From Candidatus Wildermuthbacteria bacterium (GTDB taxonomy: Bacteria > Patescibacteriota > Minisyncoccia > Minisyncoccales > UBA10102), in the NCBI GenBank assembly GCA_016186115.1, contig JACPMK010000002.1, forward strand, positions 136,983-200,982: a stretch of DNA of 64,000 nt. Direction: 5' to 3'. This document shows, one piece after another, positions 1 through 13,129 of this stretch. Each line of letters begins with the position of its first letter. Position 1 is the first letter of the stretch. The translations under genes and the position numbers were made by a program. Below the pieces are notes generated by a model that was given only the letters and a program-made list of their open reading frames with translations, did no database searches and had not been told where the DNA came from.

Positions 1-1
1 C

Positions 2-3905
<3,904 letters not shown>

Positions 3906-3913
3906 ATTATTAT

Positions 3914-4933
3914 TTAGAACTGTTGCAGAAGACGCAGATCGCCGCCGTAGAACAGTCGGATATCAGGAATCCCAAATTTCATCATCGCAAGACGGTCCAA
4001 TCCCATGCCGAATGCAAATCCCTGCCACTCGCCGGGGTTGTACCGAACTGCTTTAAATACATTCGGATGCACCATGCCAGCTCCCATCATTTCCATCCAT
4101 CCCGCCTGCCCGCAGCTTGAGCATCCCCCTCCCCTACACAGGATGCATTGCATATCAACTTCAAAAGATGGCTCGGTAAAGGGAAAATAACTTGGCCGCA
4201 AACGAATTTTCGTTGGTGCTTGAAAAATTCTTTGATAAAATGTTTCGAGAATCGCTTTAAAGTTCGCCGCAGAAATATCTTTTCCAACCATCAATCCTTC
4301 GAGCTGATAAAAGTTAATTTCATGACGCGCATCAGTTGCTTCGTAGCGGAAAATCCGTCCGGGCGCAACAATCCGAAACGGAGGATTATGCTTCTCCATA
4401 TACCGGATTTGCACCGGACTTGTATGAGTCCGCAGAAGAAATTTTGGATTGAGCCAGAACGTGTCCCACATGTCTCTGGCTGGATGATTTTTGGGAATAT
4501 TAAGAGCATCAAAGTTATACCATTCGCTTTCAATCTCTGGCCCCTCAACCACGGCAAAACCCATATCCTGAAAAATTTCGACTGCCTTGCGCTGGATTAA
4601 AGTCAAAGGATGGAGATGGCCGCGGGTAAGTTTTTTGCCTGGCGCTGTCACGTCAATCCATTCCTTTTCTTCAGATCTGCGATTCTCTTCTCTTAATAAA
4701 TCATTCTTTCGCTGCTCAAAAATTTTGGCCAGCATTTCCTTGGTTTCATTTGCTTCTTTTCCTATTTGTGTCCGTTCTTCTTTTGTTAAAGTTCCCAAGG
4801 AACGCAAAACTGCGGTCAGTTTGCCTTTTCTGCCCAGATACGCATGAAAAATGTTATCGAGTTCCTTTAAATTTTGGGCTGATTCCAAAGCCGTTTTTGC
4901 TTCCCTTCCAAGGGTCTCCAAATCAATTGGCAT
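3914..4933 (-). CDS. pheS: Phenylalanyl-tRNA synthetase alpha subunit
   Basis: HPARDMWDTF, LLRTHTSPVQ, RPSYFPFTEPS, GFAFGMGLDRLAM. Confidence 0.97.
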   Translation of the reverse strand: MPIDLETLGREAKTALESAQNLKELDNIFHAYLGRKGKLTAVLRSLGTLTKEERTQIGKEANETKEMLAKIFEQRKNDLLREENRRSEEKEWIDVTAPGKKLTRGHLHPLTLIQRKAVEIFQDMGFAVVEGPEIESEWYNFDALNIPKNHPARDMWDTFWLNPKFLLRTHTSPVQIRYMEKHNPPFRIVAPGRIFRYEATDARHEINFYQLEGLMVGKDISAANFKAILETFYQRIFQAPTKIRLRPSYFPFTEPSFEVDMQCILCRGGGCSSCGQAGWMEMMGAGMVHPNVFKAVRYNPGEWQGFAFGMGLDRLAMMKFGIPDIRLFYGGDLRLLQQF

Positions 4934-4939
4934 ATTATT

Positions 4940-4968
4940 ATTTTACCTTAAAATCAAGCACAAATCAA
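4940..4968 (-). promoter_or_regulatory. Putative sigma70 promoter giving a leaderless pheS transcript
   Basis: TTGATT-17nt-TAAAAT, with the -10 ending 6 nt before the pheS ATG. Confidence 0.5.
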
Positions 4969-5027
4969 TGGGGATAACTCTTTAAAAATAAGCCAAATTA
5001 AAGAGGGGAAGAAGATGAAAAAACATA

Positions 5028-5357
5028 CTATTTCTTTTTCCCCTCATGGTTCGCTCCATAGAGCTTTTGGTCGGGCTTCACTATCGAATGCCATCCACAC
5101 ACCAGACACATCCAACGACGCCAGCGCCTAACCCATTGAACAGTCGCTCTCTCATCGGACTGTTCCTTGTGTTTCTTGGGATCGATGCGATTTGGGCAGT
5201 ACGCTTTTACGGTGTGAGATAAATCTACTAGCTGGTGACCATCCATTGCTCCATTCGGAAATGCCCTCCAGCATTCCGTACATCGCAACTCTTGCGTGAA
5301 CTCCAAAAATACAACCGTTCTGCGAACCTCTTGCCCTTGAGATATTATGGCTTCCAT
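5028..5357 (-). CDS. Small orphan Cys/His-rich (possible zinc-binding) protein
   Basis: CTEC...YC...CLVCGWH motifs; SD AAGGAGGG at 5367-5374 favours the ATG at 5357. Confidence 0.6.
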   Translation of the reverse strand: MEAIISQGQEVRRTVVFLEFTQELRCTECWRAFPNGAMDGHQLVDLSHTVKAYCPNRIDPKKHKEQSDERATVQWVRRWRRWMCLVCGWHSIVKPDQKLYGANHEGKKK

Positions 5358-5397
5358 CTCATTGTTCCCTCCTTTAAGGTGATGCAATGATTCTATC

Positions 5398-5426
5398 ATC
5401 ATATCTCTATCTTAAAACTTTGTCGA
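5398..5426 (-). promoter_or_regulatory. Putative sigma70 promoter of the orphan zinc-binding gene
   Basis: TCGACA-17nt-TATGAT. Confidence 0.5.
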
Positions 5427-5466
5427 GATATAAAAAGCCGCTGGCACTTCTCCTCCATTTGCCGGA

Positions 5467-5724
5467 TCAGTTCCAGCGGAGCGAATCTTTGAGCATTTTT
5501 CTCATCGTTCTCAATCCCAAGCCAGATTTTAGATACTCTTCTCTATGTTTCGCATCGGGTCTACTGAAAAATGCTTCGTAGAAAATCAATTTATAGGGAC
5601 GAAATGGTTTTGTAGATAAACTTTTTCCGTTATTATGTTCTTCAAATCTTTGTTTCAGGTTACTCGTATAACCAATATATAAACTCTTGTTTTTCTGGCT
5701 CTGCAGAATATAAACGTAAAACAT
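5467..5724 (-). CDS. Stand-alone GIY-YIG nuclease family protein
   Basis: MFYVYILQS...LYIGYTSNLKQRFEEHN...REEYLKSG, the typical small GIY-YIG pattern. Confidence 0.9.
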   Translation of the reverse strand: MFYVYILQSQKNKSLYIGYTSNLKQRFEEHNNGKSLSTKPFRPYKLIFYEAFFSRPDAKHREEYLKSGLGLRTMRKMLKDSLRWN

Positions 5725-5751
5725 TAAAAATAATTCTTAAATTATACGTTG

Positions 5752-5827
5752 CGCGGGCGATGGGATTTGAACCCACGATCTTCTGCGTGACAGGCAGACG
5801 CTTTAAACCGGACTAAGCTACGCCCGC
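5752..5827 (-). tRNA. tRNA-Asp (GTC)
   Basis: Cloverleaf GCGGGCG.../CGCCCGC-G; anticodon arm TCTGC-CTGTCAC-GCAGA; T-loop TTCAAAT. Confidence 0.95.
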
Positions 5828-5839
5828 AATCTTGCACTG

Positions 5840-5911
5840 TGCCGACGGGAGGGATCGAACCTCCGACCTTGGCCTTATGAAGACCCTGCTCTACCACTGA
5901 GCTACGCCGGC
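5840..5911 (-). tRNA. tRNA-Met (CAT), elongator type (Ile2 with lysidine not excluded)
   Basis: GCCGGCG.../CGTCGGC-A; anticodon loop TTCATAA; T-loop TTCGATC. Confidence 0.85.
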
Positions 5912-5967
5912 ATGATACTCTCTCTATCCTTGCGAACAACAAAAAATTGTGATAGCATAGAAACACG

Positions 5968-6038
5968 TGCGGGGTAGTGGAGGAGTCCCATGCGAGGCTC
6001 ATAACCTTGAGACGCCGGTGCAATTCCGGCCTCCGCAA
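5968..6038 (+). tRNA. tRNA-Met (CAT), probable initiator with atypical features
   Basis: TGCGGGG.../CTCCGCA-A, resembling the initiator CGCGGGG acceptor stem; anticodon arm CGAGG-CTCATAA-CCTTG. Confidence 0.85.
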
Positions 6039-6069
6039 CAAATTTATCGTATCTACTTTACCATCGAAT

Positions 6070-6633
6070 TTAAATCAAATCAAGGCCGGTGAGAACCTCT
6101 TCGTACAGGCGCAATACCCGCATTGCTTCATCTTTCCGTAGACGATAGTCGGGATCGTGAACAATATTATTGCGAACCGTATGCGCTTCTTTTAAAGAAG
6201 CAAGGTCCGGAACTAATGGTTCGGTTGCATTCACAAGACGCTCATCCGGACTAGCTCCCCGCACTTGCAAACGCTGCAGCACTTCATCGAGCATTTGATC
6301 TGCCTCGAGAATCGAGAGTTTCCACTCTCCCTCATTTGCCATTTCCAAACGCCTCATAATTCTCTGCCACTGTCGCTCACGCCGATGAAGCCCATAGGCC
6401 TTGTAGCGGGTAAATTCGGTGATGTCTTCAAGCATTTTTTCTCTTAGCCATGAAGTATGAAGAAGCGCATACACGATGAATACAAAAAAGAAAATGCCGA
6501 ACGCGCCAAGAAGAATTTGTCCGACAAAGATCAGGGTACGAAACCAAAAATTTTGCAGAAACGGAATGCCCTGAAAAATAGACGAGATATCTAAATTTTG
6601 AAAAATTCCTAAGAAACCATCCGGGGATTGCAT
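6070..6633 (-). CDS. Hypothetical membrane-anchored protein
   Basis: 187 aa ORF with an N-terminal hydrophobic helix and a helical C-domain (LEADQMLD...AHTVRNNIVHDPDY); overlaps the gatA end. Confidence 0.75.
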   Translation of the reverse strand: MQSPDGFLGIFQNLDISSIFQGIPFLQNFWFRTLIFVGQILLGAFGIFFFVFIVYALLHTSWLREKMLEDITEFTRYKAYGLHRRERQWQRIMRRLEMANEGEWKLSILEADQMLDEVLQRLQVRGASPDERLVNATEPLVPDLASLKEAHTVRNNIVHDPDYRLRKDEAMRVLRLYEEVLTGLDLI

Positions 6634-8051
6634 ATTCGTTCAATAACTTTTGCTGTTCGGAATAAAACGGACTCTTTAAAGTGCTGGGCGATAAGCTGCA
6701 TTCCTATAGGAAGATTCTGTGCTTTTCCAACCGGCACAGAAATGGCAGGCAGGGCGACAAGATTTACCGGCACGGTGTACACGTCAACGAGATACATCGA
6801 AAGAGGATCTGCTGTTTTTTCGCCGATCCGAAACGGCAGAAATGGACTCACAGGGCCGGCAATAAGATCCACCTCTTTGAACGCTTGTTCAAAGTCGTGT
6901 TTGAGCAAGGTGCGAATTTTCTGTGCCTTAAGATAGAATGCGTCATAATATCCTGCTGACAATGCATATGTTCCCAGCATAATCCGGCGTTTCACCTCGG
7001 AACCAAATCCCCTTCCGCGCGTTTGCAGGTATTGACCCATAAGATCGAGCTCTCCATTTTGCTTCTCTTTATTTGGGGAATAACCGTAGCGTATACCGTC
7101 GTAGCGAGCGAGATTTGCAGAGGCCTCCGAGGTATTAATTATATAATACACCGCAAGGGCATATTGTACACTCGGCAAAGAAATTTCTTTGAGCTGCGCC
7201 CCTTCATGCTTGAGCTCATCCAAGGTTTTGACAATACGATCTTTGATTTGAGAATCTAATCCTTGCGCAAAATATTCTTTGGGGATGCCGATGCGAAGGT
7301 TATGGCAATCGATTCCCCCTTCGGCCATGTATTCAAAATCAACGGTTGTGGCATCAAAAGGATCACGTCCGGCAATAGTCGCAAAAATAATTTCCGCATC
7401 CTCCACCGTATTTGCAAAAGGCCCAACCTGATCCAATGAAGAGGCAAGGGCAATCACGCCATATCTCGAAACAGCTCCATAGGTGGGCTTCAGCCCCACT
7501 ACTCCGCAAAATGCTGCTGGCAAACGAATAGAACCTCCCGTATCTTCTCCCAAAGAAAAAACGCATTCTCCAGCCGCAACGCTTGCGGCGGAGCCCCCAG
7601 AGCTTCCTCCGGGCACGCGCGACAAATCAAACGGATTTTTGGTGGGGCCGAAAGCAGAATTCTCCGTGGAAGCGCCCATTCCAAATTCATCCATATTGGT
7701 TTTTCCCATCAAGAGAGCACCTGCTTGGCGAAGGCGCTGGGTGACAGTGGCGTCGAAAGCGGCGGTATACTGCTCGAGCATCCGAGAACCCGCAGTACAT
7801 CGCACTCCCTTGGCGCAAATTGCGTCCTTTAGGGAATAAGGGACGCCTGCGAGCGGAGGGAGTTGTTCTTTCTGAAAAATCTTTCTGTCAATTTCTTCTG
7901 CTTCTTTCAGAGCAATTTCAGGAGCAGTAGCAAGAAAGGCATGGATATCCTTATCCTGTTCTTCAATCTTTTTGAGATACGTCTGCGCCAACTCCTTTGC
8001 AGAAATCTCCCTTTTTGAAATTTTCTCGCGGATGCTCAAAATTGTTTCCAT
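6609..8051 (-). CDS. gatA: Asp/Glu-tRNA amidotransferase subunit A
   Basis: Amidase signature GKTNMDEFGMG, PGGSSGGSAA, DTGGSIRLPA, EVKRRIMLGTYALS. Confidence 0.97.
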   Translation of the reverse strand: METILSIREKISKREISAKELAQTYLKKIEEQDKDIHAFLATAPEIALKEAEEIDRKIFQKEQLPPLAGVPYSLKDAICAKGVRCTAGSRMLEQYTAAFDATVTQRLRQAGALLMGKTNMDEFGMGASTENSAFGPTKNPFDLSRVPGGSSGGSAASVAAGECVFSLGEDTGGSIRLPAAFCGVVGLKPTYGAVSRYGVIALASSLDQVGPFANTVEDAEIIFATIAGRDPFDATTVDFEYMAEGGIDCHNLRIGIPKEYFAQGLDSQIKDRIVKTLDELKHEGAQLKEISLPSVQYALAVYYIINTSEASANLARYDGIRYGYSPNKEKQNGELDLMGQYLQTRGRGFGSEVKRRIMLGTYALSAGYYDAFYLKAQKIRTLLKHDFEQAFKEVDLIAGPVSPFLPFRIGEKTADPLSMYLVDVYTVPVNLVALPAISVPVGKAQNLPIGMQLIAQHFKESVLFRTAKVIERICNPRMVS

Positions 8052-8054
8052 ACG

Positions 8055-8351
8055 CTAAGAGAAAATTGCCTTCACCCGGATAAACCCATCTTTTGTCTCC
8101 GGGGCAGAATCGATCAATTTTTGAATCGTGGCTGCATCGGTCTTGCAAACAAGGTCTTGCCTTGTTGTTTGCTTTGTCACGATGCTATGAGTCATTGGTT
8201 CAATTCCCGAAACATCAATTGCATTGAGTGTTGCAAAGTAATCCAAAATCGAAGAGAGTTCCTCCTGAAATTTTTGTATCTCTTCTTCGGACAACTCGAT
8301 GCGTGCAAGTTTTGCAATATGTTGTACTTCTTCTTTTGAAATCATATTCAT
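8055..8351 (-). CDS. gatC: Asp/Glu-tRNA amidotransferase subunit C
   Basis: ISKEEVQHIAKLARIEL...APETKDGFIRVKAI; adjacent to gatA. Confidence 0.93.
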   Translation of the reverse strand: MNMISKEEVQHIAKLARIELSEEEIQKFQEELSSILDYFATLNAIDVSGIEPMTHSIVTKQTTRQDLVCKTDAATIQKLIDSAPETKDGFIRVKAIFS

Positions 8352-9415
8352 TTGGGCGGTTCCAAGTTTTCTGTTTCTACCAGTACCTCCGCTAATTCAT
8401 CGATGTTCTCCAAAACATACCCGGCGCCCCGAACCATTGCCGTCAGAGGATCTTCAATCACTCTCGTGGGAATTTTTGTTTCTTTGGCCAAAAGCAGATC
8501 CAATCCGCGAAGCAAAGCTCCTCCACCCCCCAAATAAATTCCATTGGTCATGACATCCGCAAGCAGTTCGGGCGGGGTCTCCTCTACGGTCTGCTTAATC
8601 TCATTCACAATCTGGCGCACTGATTTCTCCAGCGCCCTGCGTACGTCAATTTCTGAAATGATAATTTCTTCGGGAAGCCCGGTGATCATGTTCCTTCCGC
8701 GGAGAGGCATATCGCGCACTTCTTTGGTTGGATAGGCAGACCCGATCTGAATTTTGATCGCTTCGGCGGTCCTCTCTCCAATGAGAAGCTTATATTCCTC
8801 CTGCGCAAAATGAATAATATCATCATTCAATTTATCTCCTGCGATGCGCGAGGATTTTGCCAATACGATTCCTCCCAACGAAATGACCGCAACTTCTGTT
8901 GTTCCTCCGCCCATATCAACAATGAAATTTCCTCCGGCTTCCTGAACAGGAAGACGAGCCCCGATTGCAGTTGCCATAGGTTCGTCGATAAGATACACAT
9001 CCCGCGCTCCGGCATTGAGCGCTGCGTCCCGCACTGCTTTCTTTTCAACTTCGGTTACGCCAAAAGGAATGCCAATAATAGTACGAGGGCCCGGAGAAAG
9101 AGGAAAATGATTCCGGTATACCCGGTCAATAAAATATCGCAGCATTTGCTCGGTAATTTCAAAGTCAGAGATCACCCCTTTGACCAACGGTCTCGTTGCG
9201 ACAATATACGCGGGGGTTTTCCCCACCATTTTTTTTGCGTCTTCCCCGATTGCCAATACCTGACCTGTCTTCTGATTCACGGCCACCACCGACGGCTCCT
9301 GCAACACAATTCCCCTGCCCCGCACGTACACAAGCGAATTTGCGGTTCCCAAATCAATTGCAATGTCTTTGCCAAAACGGGAAATGAGCTTATTTAATGA
9401 AGGAATTATTCTCAT
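8348..9415 (-). CDS. mreB: Rod shape-determining actin MreB
   Basis: IAIDLGTANSLV, VDMGGGTTEVAVISLGG, GGGALLRGL. Confidence 0.95.
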   Translation of the reverse strand: MRIIPSLNKLISRFGKDIAIDLGTANSLVYVRGRGIVLQEPSVVAVNQKTGQVLAIGEDAKKMVGKTPAYIVATRPLVKGVISDFEITEQMLRYFIDRVYRNHFPLSPGPRTIIGIPFGVTEVEKKAVRDAALNAGARDVYLIDEPMATAIGARLPVQEAGGNFIVDMGGGTTEVAVISLGGIVLAKSSRIAGDKLNDDIIHFAQEEYKLLIGERTAEAIKIQIGSAYPTKEVRDMPLRGRNMITGLPEEIIISEIDVRRALEKSVRQIVNEIKQTVEETPPELLADVMTNGIYLGGGGALLRGLDLLLAKETKIPTRVIEDPLTAMVRGAGYVLENIDELAEVLVETENLEPPK

Positions 9416-9424
9416 AACGAAGTA

Positions 9425-10645
9425 TCAATGGATATACTCTTCAATGCGTTGCAAGGGTATGAATTCGGGTTCCTGACTGGCTCGCTTTTTTATTTCCACC
9501 ATATTTTTTTGAAGGGTTTTCTCGCTCGCGAGCAATCGGTATGGAATTCCCAATAGATCGGCATCGGCAAATTTTTCGCCCATCGCAACCTCTTGCCGGT
9601 CGTCATAGAGCACTTCAATACCCTTGCTTTGAAGCTGTACGTATAATGCTTCTGATTCTTTTTCTTTGCCGGGAAACCCCATAAGATGCACACGAAAGGG
9701 AGCAACGGCTTGAGGCCAAAGAATTCCCCTTCCATCGTGGAATACCTCAACCAATGCGCCCATGACGCGAGAAGTTCCAATGCCATAGCAGCCAGCGGCA
9801 ACCAATTGTTCTTTTCCTTCTTTATCCTTGAACGATACATGGAAATCCTGCGCGTATTTTGTTTTGAGAGGAAAGATATTTCCCACTTCAATGGCCTTTG
9901 TCCTGCTCAAGGATCCTCCGCAGCGCGTGCATGTATTTTCTTTTGCAATCTCGATATTTATTGCAATATCGCAATGAGTGCACAAAAGAATGGTATCCTC
10001 GCCAAACTGATTTGGCACCTGAAATTCCAAAGAAATATCAGAAAAAGTGCCTCCGGATGCCTTGGTCTCCACTGCATGGAGACCCACTCTCTGAAATACA
10101 TTCTCATAGGCCTTACGCATCACTTCGTAATATGCATCGCGATCCTGGCTAGTCGCATGAAAACTGTACAGATCTTTCATTCGAAATTCTCTTCCGCGAA
10201 GCAACCCTGATTTCGCGCGCGGCTCATCGCGAAATTTTGTTTGAATCTGATATAATGCCACCGGTAAATCCTTGTACGAGTCAATATAATGAGTAAGCAA
10301 AGGATACAAAATTTCCTCGTGAGTAGGGCCTAACGCGTATTCGCTTTTCGATTGGCTCGAAATTCTAAACAATACATCAAAAGAATCCCATCGTCCTGTT
10401 TTTTGCCAGTTTGCTTTTGGATGCAGCGAGGGCATGAATACTTCTTGGGCATTGGCTTTGTTCATTTCATCCCGCACGATATTTTCAATTTTATTTAAGG
10501 TGCGCAACCCCAAAGGCAGAAACGTATACACGCCCGCCATCTCTTTATGGATGAAACCGCCCCGAATGAGGAATCGCGCGTTAATGCTTTCTTCATCGCG
10601 CGGCACTTCTTTTTTGGTTCGCCCAAACAGCTGGGATTGTCTCAT
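9425..10645 (-). CDS. proS: Prolyl-tRNA synthetase (short form lacking the editing insertion)
   Basis: LGPTHEE, QTKFRDEPRAKSGLLRGREFRMKDLYSFH, GCYGIGTSR, anticodon-binding domain GEKFADADLLG. Confidence 0.95.
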   Translation of the reverse strand: MRQSQLFGRTKKEVPRDEESINARFLIRGGFIHKEMAGVYTFLPLGLRTLNKIENIVRDEMNKANAQEVFMPSLHPKANWQKTGRWDSFDVLFRISSQSKSEYALGPTHEEILYPLLTHYIDSYKDLPVALYQIQTKFRDEPRAKSGLLRGREFRMKDLYSFHATSQDRDAYYEVMRKAYENVFQRVGLHAVETKASGGTFSDISLEFQVPNQFGEDTILLCTHCDIAINIEIAKENTCTRCGGSLSRTKAIEVGNIFPLKTKYAQDFHVSFKDKEGKEQLVAAGCYGIGTSRVMGALVEVFHDGRGILWPQAVAPFRVHLMGFPGKEKESEALYVQLQSKGIEVLYDDRQEVAMGEKFADADLLGIPYRLLASEKTLQKNMVEIKKRASQEPEFIPLQRIEEYIH

Positions 10646-10646
10646 G

Positions 10647-11744
10647 CTAAAAAATACGTCTGATATCGTTTACGGATACCCAAATGATGAAAGGGATCAA
10701 TAAAAGAAAGGACACAAGAATGAGTGTCTGAATTAATTTTGTCGGAAGAGGCCTTTTCACGATTGCCTCAATGCAAAGGAACAATGCTCTTCCGCCATCC
10801 AATGCGGGAATAGGAATGGTATTGAAAATGGCAAGATAAATGGCGATCAGCGAAACAAAATAAAGGAAATGGGCAATGCCTATGTCAAAAGAGCTTTGGA
10901 GCATCGACACAATGCCAATGGGGCCGGCCACTTGATTTTTCAAAGGAGGTCCTTGCCCCTGTATTTTTTCTTTGATAAGTTGTCCGGTTTCCTGAACGAT
11001 AGATAGGCTCACTTTCCCTGTCATGATTGCTCCCTGAACAGGTGCCTCGTACCAAGGAAATTGTATAAAGCCAGTTCGGGCCAATACAATTCCTACCGCT
11101 CCTTCTCCTGAAGGAGGCGTGACTCTTGGAACAACAGGAATCTTCACAATGTCATCTTTTCCTCTTTGAAGCGTCATCACAACCTCCTGTCCTTTATAGT
11201 GTTGGATGAAATCATGGGTATCGGCTACTTTTTGGGGTTCAAGAGCATCCCGCGAAACAGATTCCTGCAATCTTAAAATTACATCTCCCATATGGATGCC
11301 TGCTTTGGCAGCCGGCGAATCTGGCGCAATGCCAATAATTTGAACCTGCAGATGCTGACCTGCCATTGTTTCATCATCTGACACGGATACCGGAATTCCC
11401 CACGTCGTTCCCAAAAATCCCAAAAGCAACGCCGCCACAATCCACGAAGACGCTACTCCCGCAAGAACAATGATCATTCGCTGACTCACGGGCTTGCGGC
11501 TGAAGCTGGCGGGATCAGCAACATCCTTTTCTTCTCCCAGAAGTTTTACGAAAGCCCCGATAATCAAAGGATAAAAAGAATAGAAAGTTCCTTTTATTTT
11601 CTTTTTAAATAAAGCCGGAGTAAAAGGCATGCCGATTCCAAACTCCTCCACCGTAACGCCAAATTTGCGGGCAAGAAGAAAATGCCCCAGTTCATGAAGA
11701 ACAATCAGGAAAAGAATGCTCAAAAGGGAAATCGCAATGGTCAT
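10647..11744 (-). CDS. rseP: RseP-like M50 intramembrane metalloprotease with PDZ domain
   Basis: HELGH, PDZ segment SPAAKAGIHMGD, NTIPIPALDGG. Confidence 0.9.
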   Translation of the reverse strand: MTIAISLLSILFLIVLHELGHFLLARKFGVTVEEFGIGMPFTPALFKKKIKGTFYSFYPLIIGAFVKLLGEEKDVADPASFSRKPVSQRMIIVLAGVASSWIVAALLLGFLGTTWGIPVSVSDDETMAGQHLQVQIIGIAPDSPAAKAGIHMGDVILRLQESVSRDALEPQKVADTHDFIQHYKGQEVVMTLQRGKDDIVKIPVVPRVTPPSGEGAVGIVLARTGFIQFPWYEAPVQGAIMTGKVSLSIVQETGQLIKEKIQGQGPPLKNQVAGPIGIVSMLQSSFDIGIAHFLYFVSLIAIYLAIFNTIPIPALDGGRALFLCIEAIVKRPLPTKLIQTLILVSFLLLIPFIIWVSVNDIRRIF

Positions 11745-11748
11745 AAAA

Positions 11749-12306
11749 TTATACTTCCGTTATTTCTTTGATCTTGCGATTGACAAGATCTTCGATTTTT
11801 TGAGTGTATTGATCAACAACCTTCTGCAGATCGTCTTTGGCTTTGAATTTATCATCTTCCCGGATTTCGCCCCCACGCGCTTGTTCCTGAATTTGAGACC
11901 AGACCTCTTCACGCAATCTCCGAAGGCCCTGCTTTGCTTCTTCTTTTTTCTCGGAAACAATCCGCAAAAGTTTCTCGCGATATTCCTGGGTAAGCGCGGG
12001 AAGCTGAAGACGGATATATTCTTTTTCGACAATAGGATTTGCGCCCAGCGATTCCCGTGTCAACGCTTTTTCAATGGGCTTTGCATAAGAAGCATCCCAT
12101 GGCTGAATAAGGATCTGCCTGCGCTCCGGGCAAGAAATTGCAGCCAATTGTTTTAACGACATCTTTTGCCCGAACACTTCTACCGCCACATCCTCTACCA
12201 ATGACGGAGTCGCCTGCCCGGTACGCAATTTCAAGAGCTCCCGCGAAAAAAATTCAATTGCCTTCTCAAACTCCGGCTTTGTATGTTCGATAATTTGGAT
12301 CGCCAT
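11749..12306 (-). CDS. frr: Ribosome recycling factor
   Basis: LRTGQATPSLVE, IQPWD, PALTQEYRE. Confidence 0.95.
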   Translation of the reverse strand: MAIQIIEHTKPEFEKAIEFFSRELLKLRTGQATPSLVEDVAVEVFGQKMSLKQLAAISCPERRQILIQPWDASYAKPIEKALTRESLGANPIVEKEYIRLQLPALTQEYREKLLRIVSEKKEEAKQGLRRLREEVWSQIQEQARGGEIREDDKFKAKDDLQKVVDQYTQKIEDLVNRKIKEITEV

Positions 12307-12313
12307 ATCCCTT

Positions 12314-13126
12314 TTATAATTCTATCATAACTTGTTCAAGCGCAAGCCGCACGCTGACATTTGTATACTTTATATAACGGATCGCCTCCTGCACAAGGGT
12401 AGCCAAGGAAAACAGACGCCGGATCCGAAGAATTTCTCCCCTGCTTTTTACTTCCTCAAAAAGCACGACACGAAGGTAGCCGAGCATGTCTTGGAGAAAA
12501 GCAAGCGATTGAACCTGCGATTCTGCAATCTCTGCCGCAAAGGAGAACCGGTCTTTTAAAAGGGACTGCTCGAGTTTGGAAAAAACTCTGGGAATCTCGC
12601 TTCCAGTGCGCTGGGAAGCCAAGGCAAGAGGAGAAAATTGATAAAAGGGTATCATCTGAACCCGCGACCGGATTGTTTCCAATAAAAGATTCGGGTAAGC
12701 AGAAAATAAAATGAAAAGCGCGTTGCCCGGAGGTTCCTCAAGAATTTTTAAAAATGCGGATTGAGCGGTCTTGTTCATCTTGTCTGCTTCTTCAATCAGT
12801 ACTCCTTTGAAGGAAGAGGCGTAGGGAGCAAAACTTACGCATGTTGCGATCTTGCGAATGCTGCCAACAGAAATTTCTTTCCCCTCTTCCGGCTGGACAT
12901 GCAACACATCGGGAAACCGATCACCCGCAATTGCTTTGCAGGGAATGCAATCATGGCAAGGTCTTTTTTCTTTATCATGATGAACGCATGCGAGCATTTG
13001 AAAAATCCGAAGAGCAACTTCTTTTTTCTTCTCCGTATCATTTCCTAAAAACAAATACGCATGGGCAAGTGCATTATTCCTGGCAAGGCGATATACATAT
13101 TGCTCCTGAAGTGATGATTTCTCCAT
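12314..13126 (-). CDS. holB: DNA polymerase III delta-prime subunit
   Basis: HAYLFLG, zinc cluster C...PCHDCIPC, AQSAFLKILEEPP, TIRSR. Confidence 0.88.
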   Translation of the reverse strand: MEKSSLQEQYVYRLARNNALAHAYLFLGNDTEKKKEVALRIFQMLACVHHDKEKRPCHDCIPCKAIAGDRFPDVLHVQPEEGKEISVGSIRKIATCVSFAPYASSFKGVLIEEADKMNKTAQSAFLKILEEPPGNALFILFSAYPNLLLETIRSRVQMIPFYQFSPLALASQRTGSEIPRVFSKLEQSLLKDRFSFAAEIAESQVQSLAFLQDMLGYLRVVLFEEVKSRGEILRIRRLFSLATLVQEAIRYIKYTNVSVRLALEQVMIEL

Positions 13127-13129
13127 ACC

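Noticed and set aside
5028..5760. Integrative element with att duplication at tRNA-Asp
   Set aside because: No duplicated tRNA 3' end and no integrase could be found by eye
5742..6041. 99 aa ORF over the tRNA cluster
   Set aside because: Entirely overlaps three well-formed tRNA genes
6609..8351. Incomplete amidotransferase (gatB not adjacent)
   Set aside because: gatB is often encoded elsewhere; absence cannot be judged from one window
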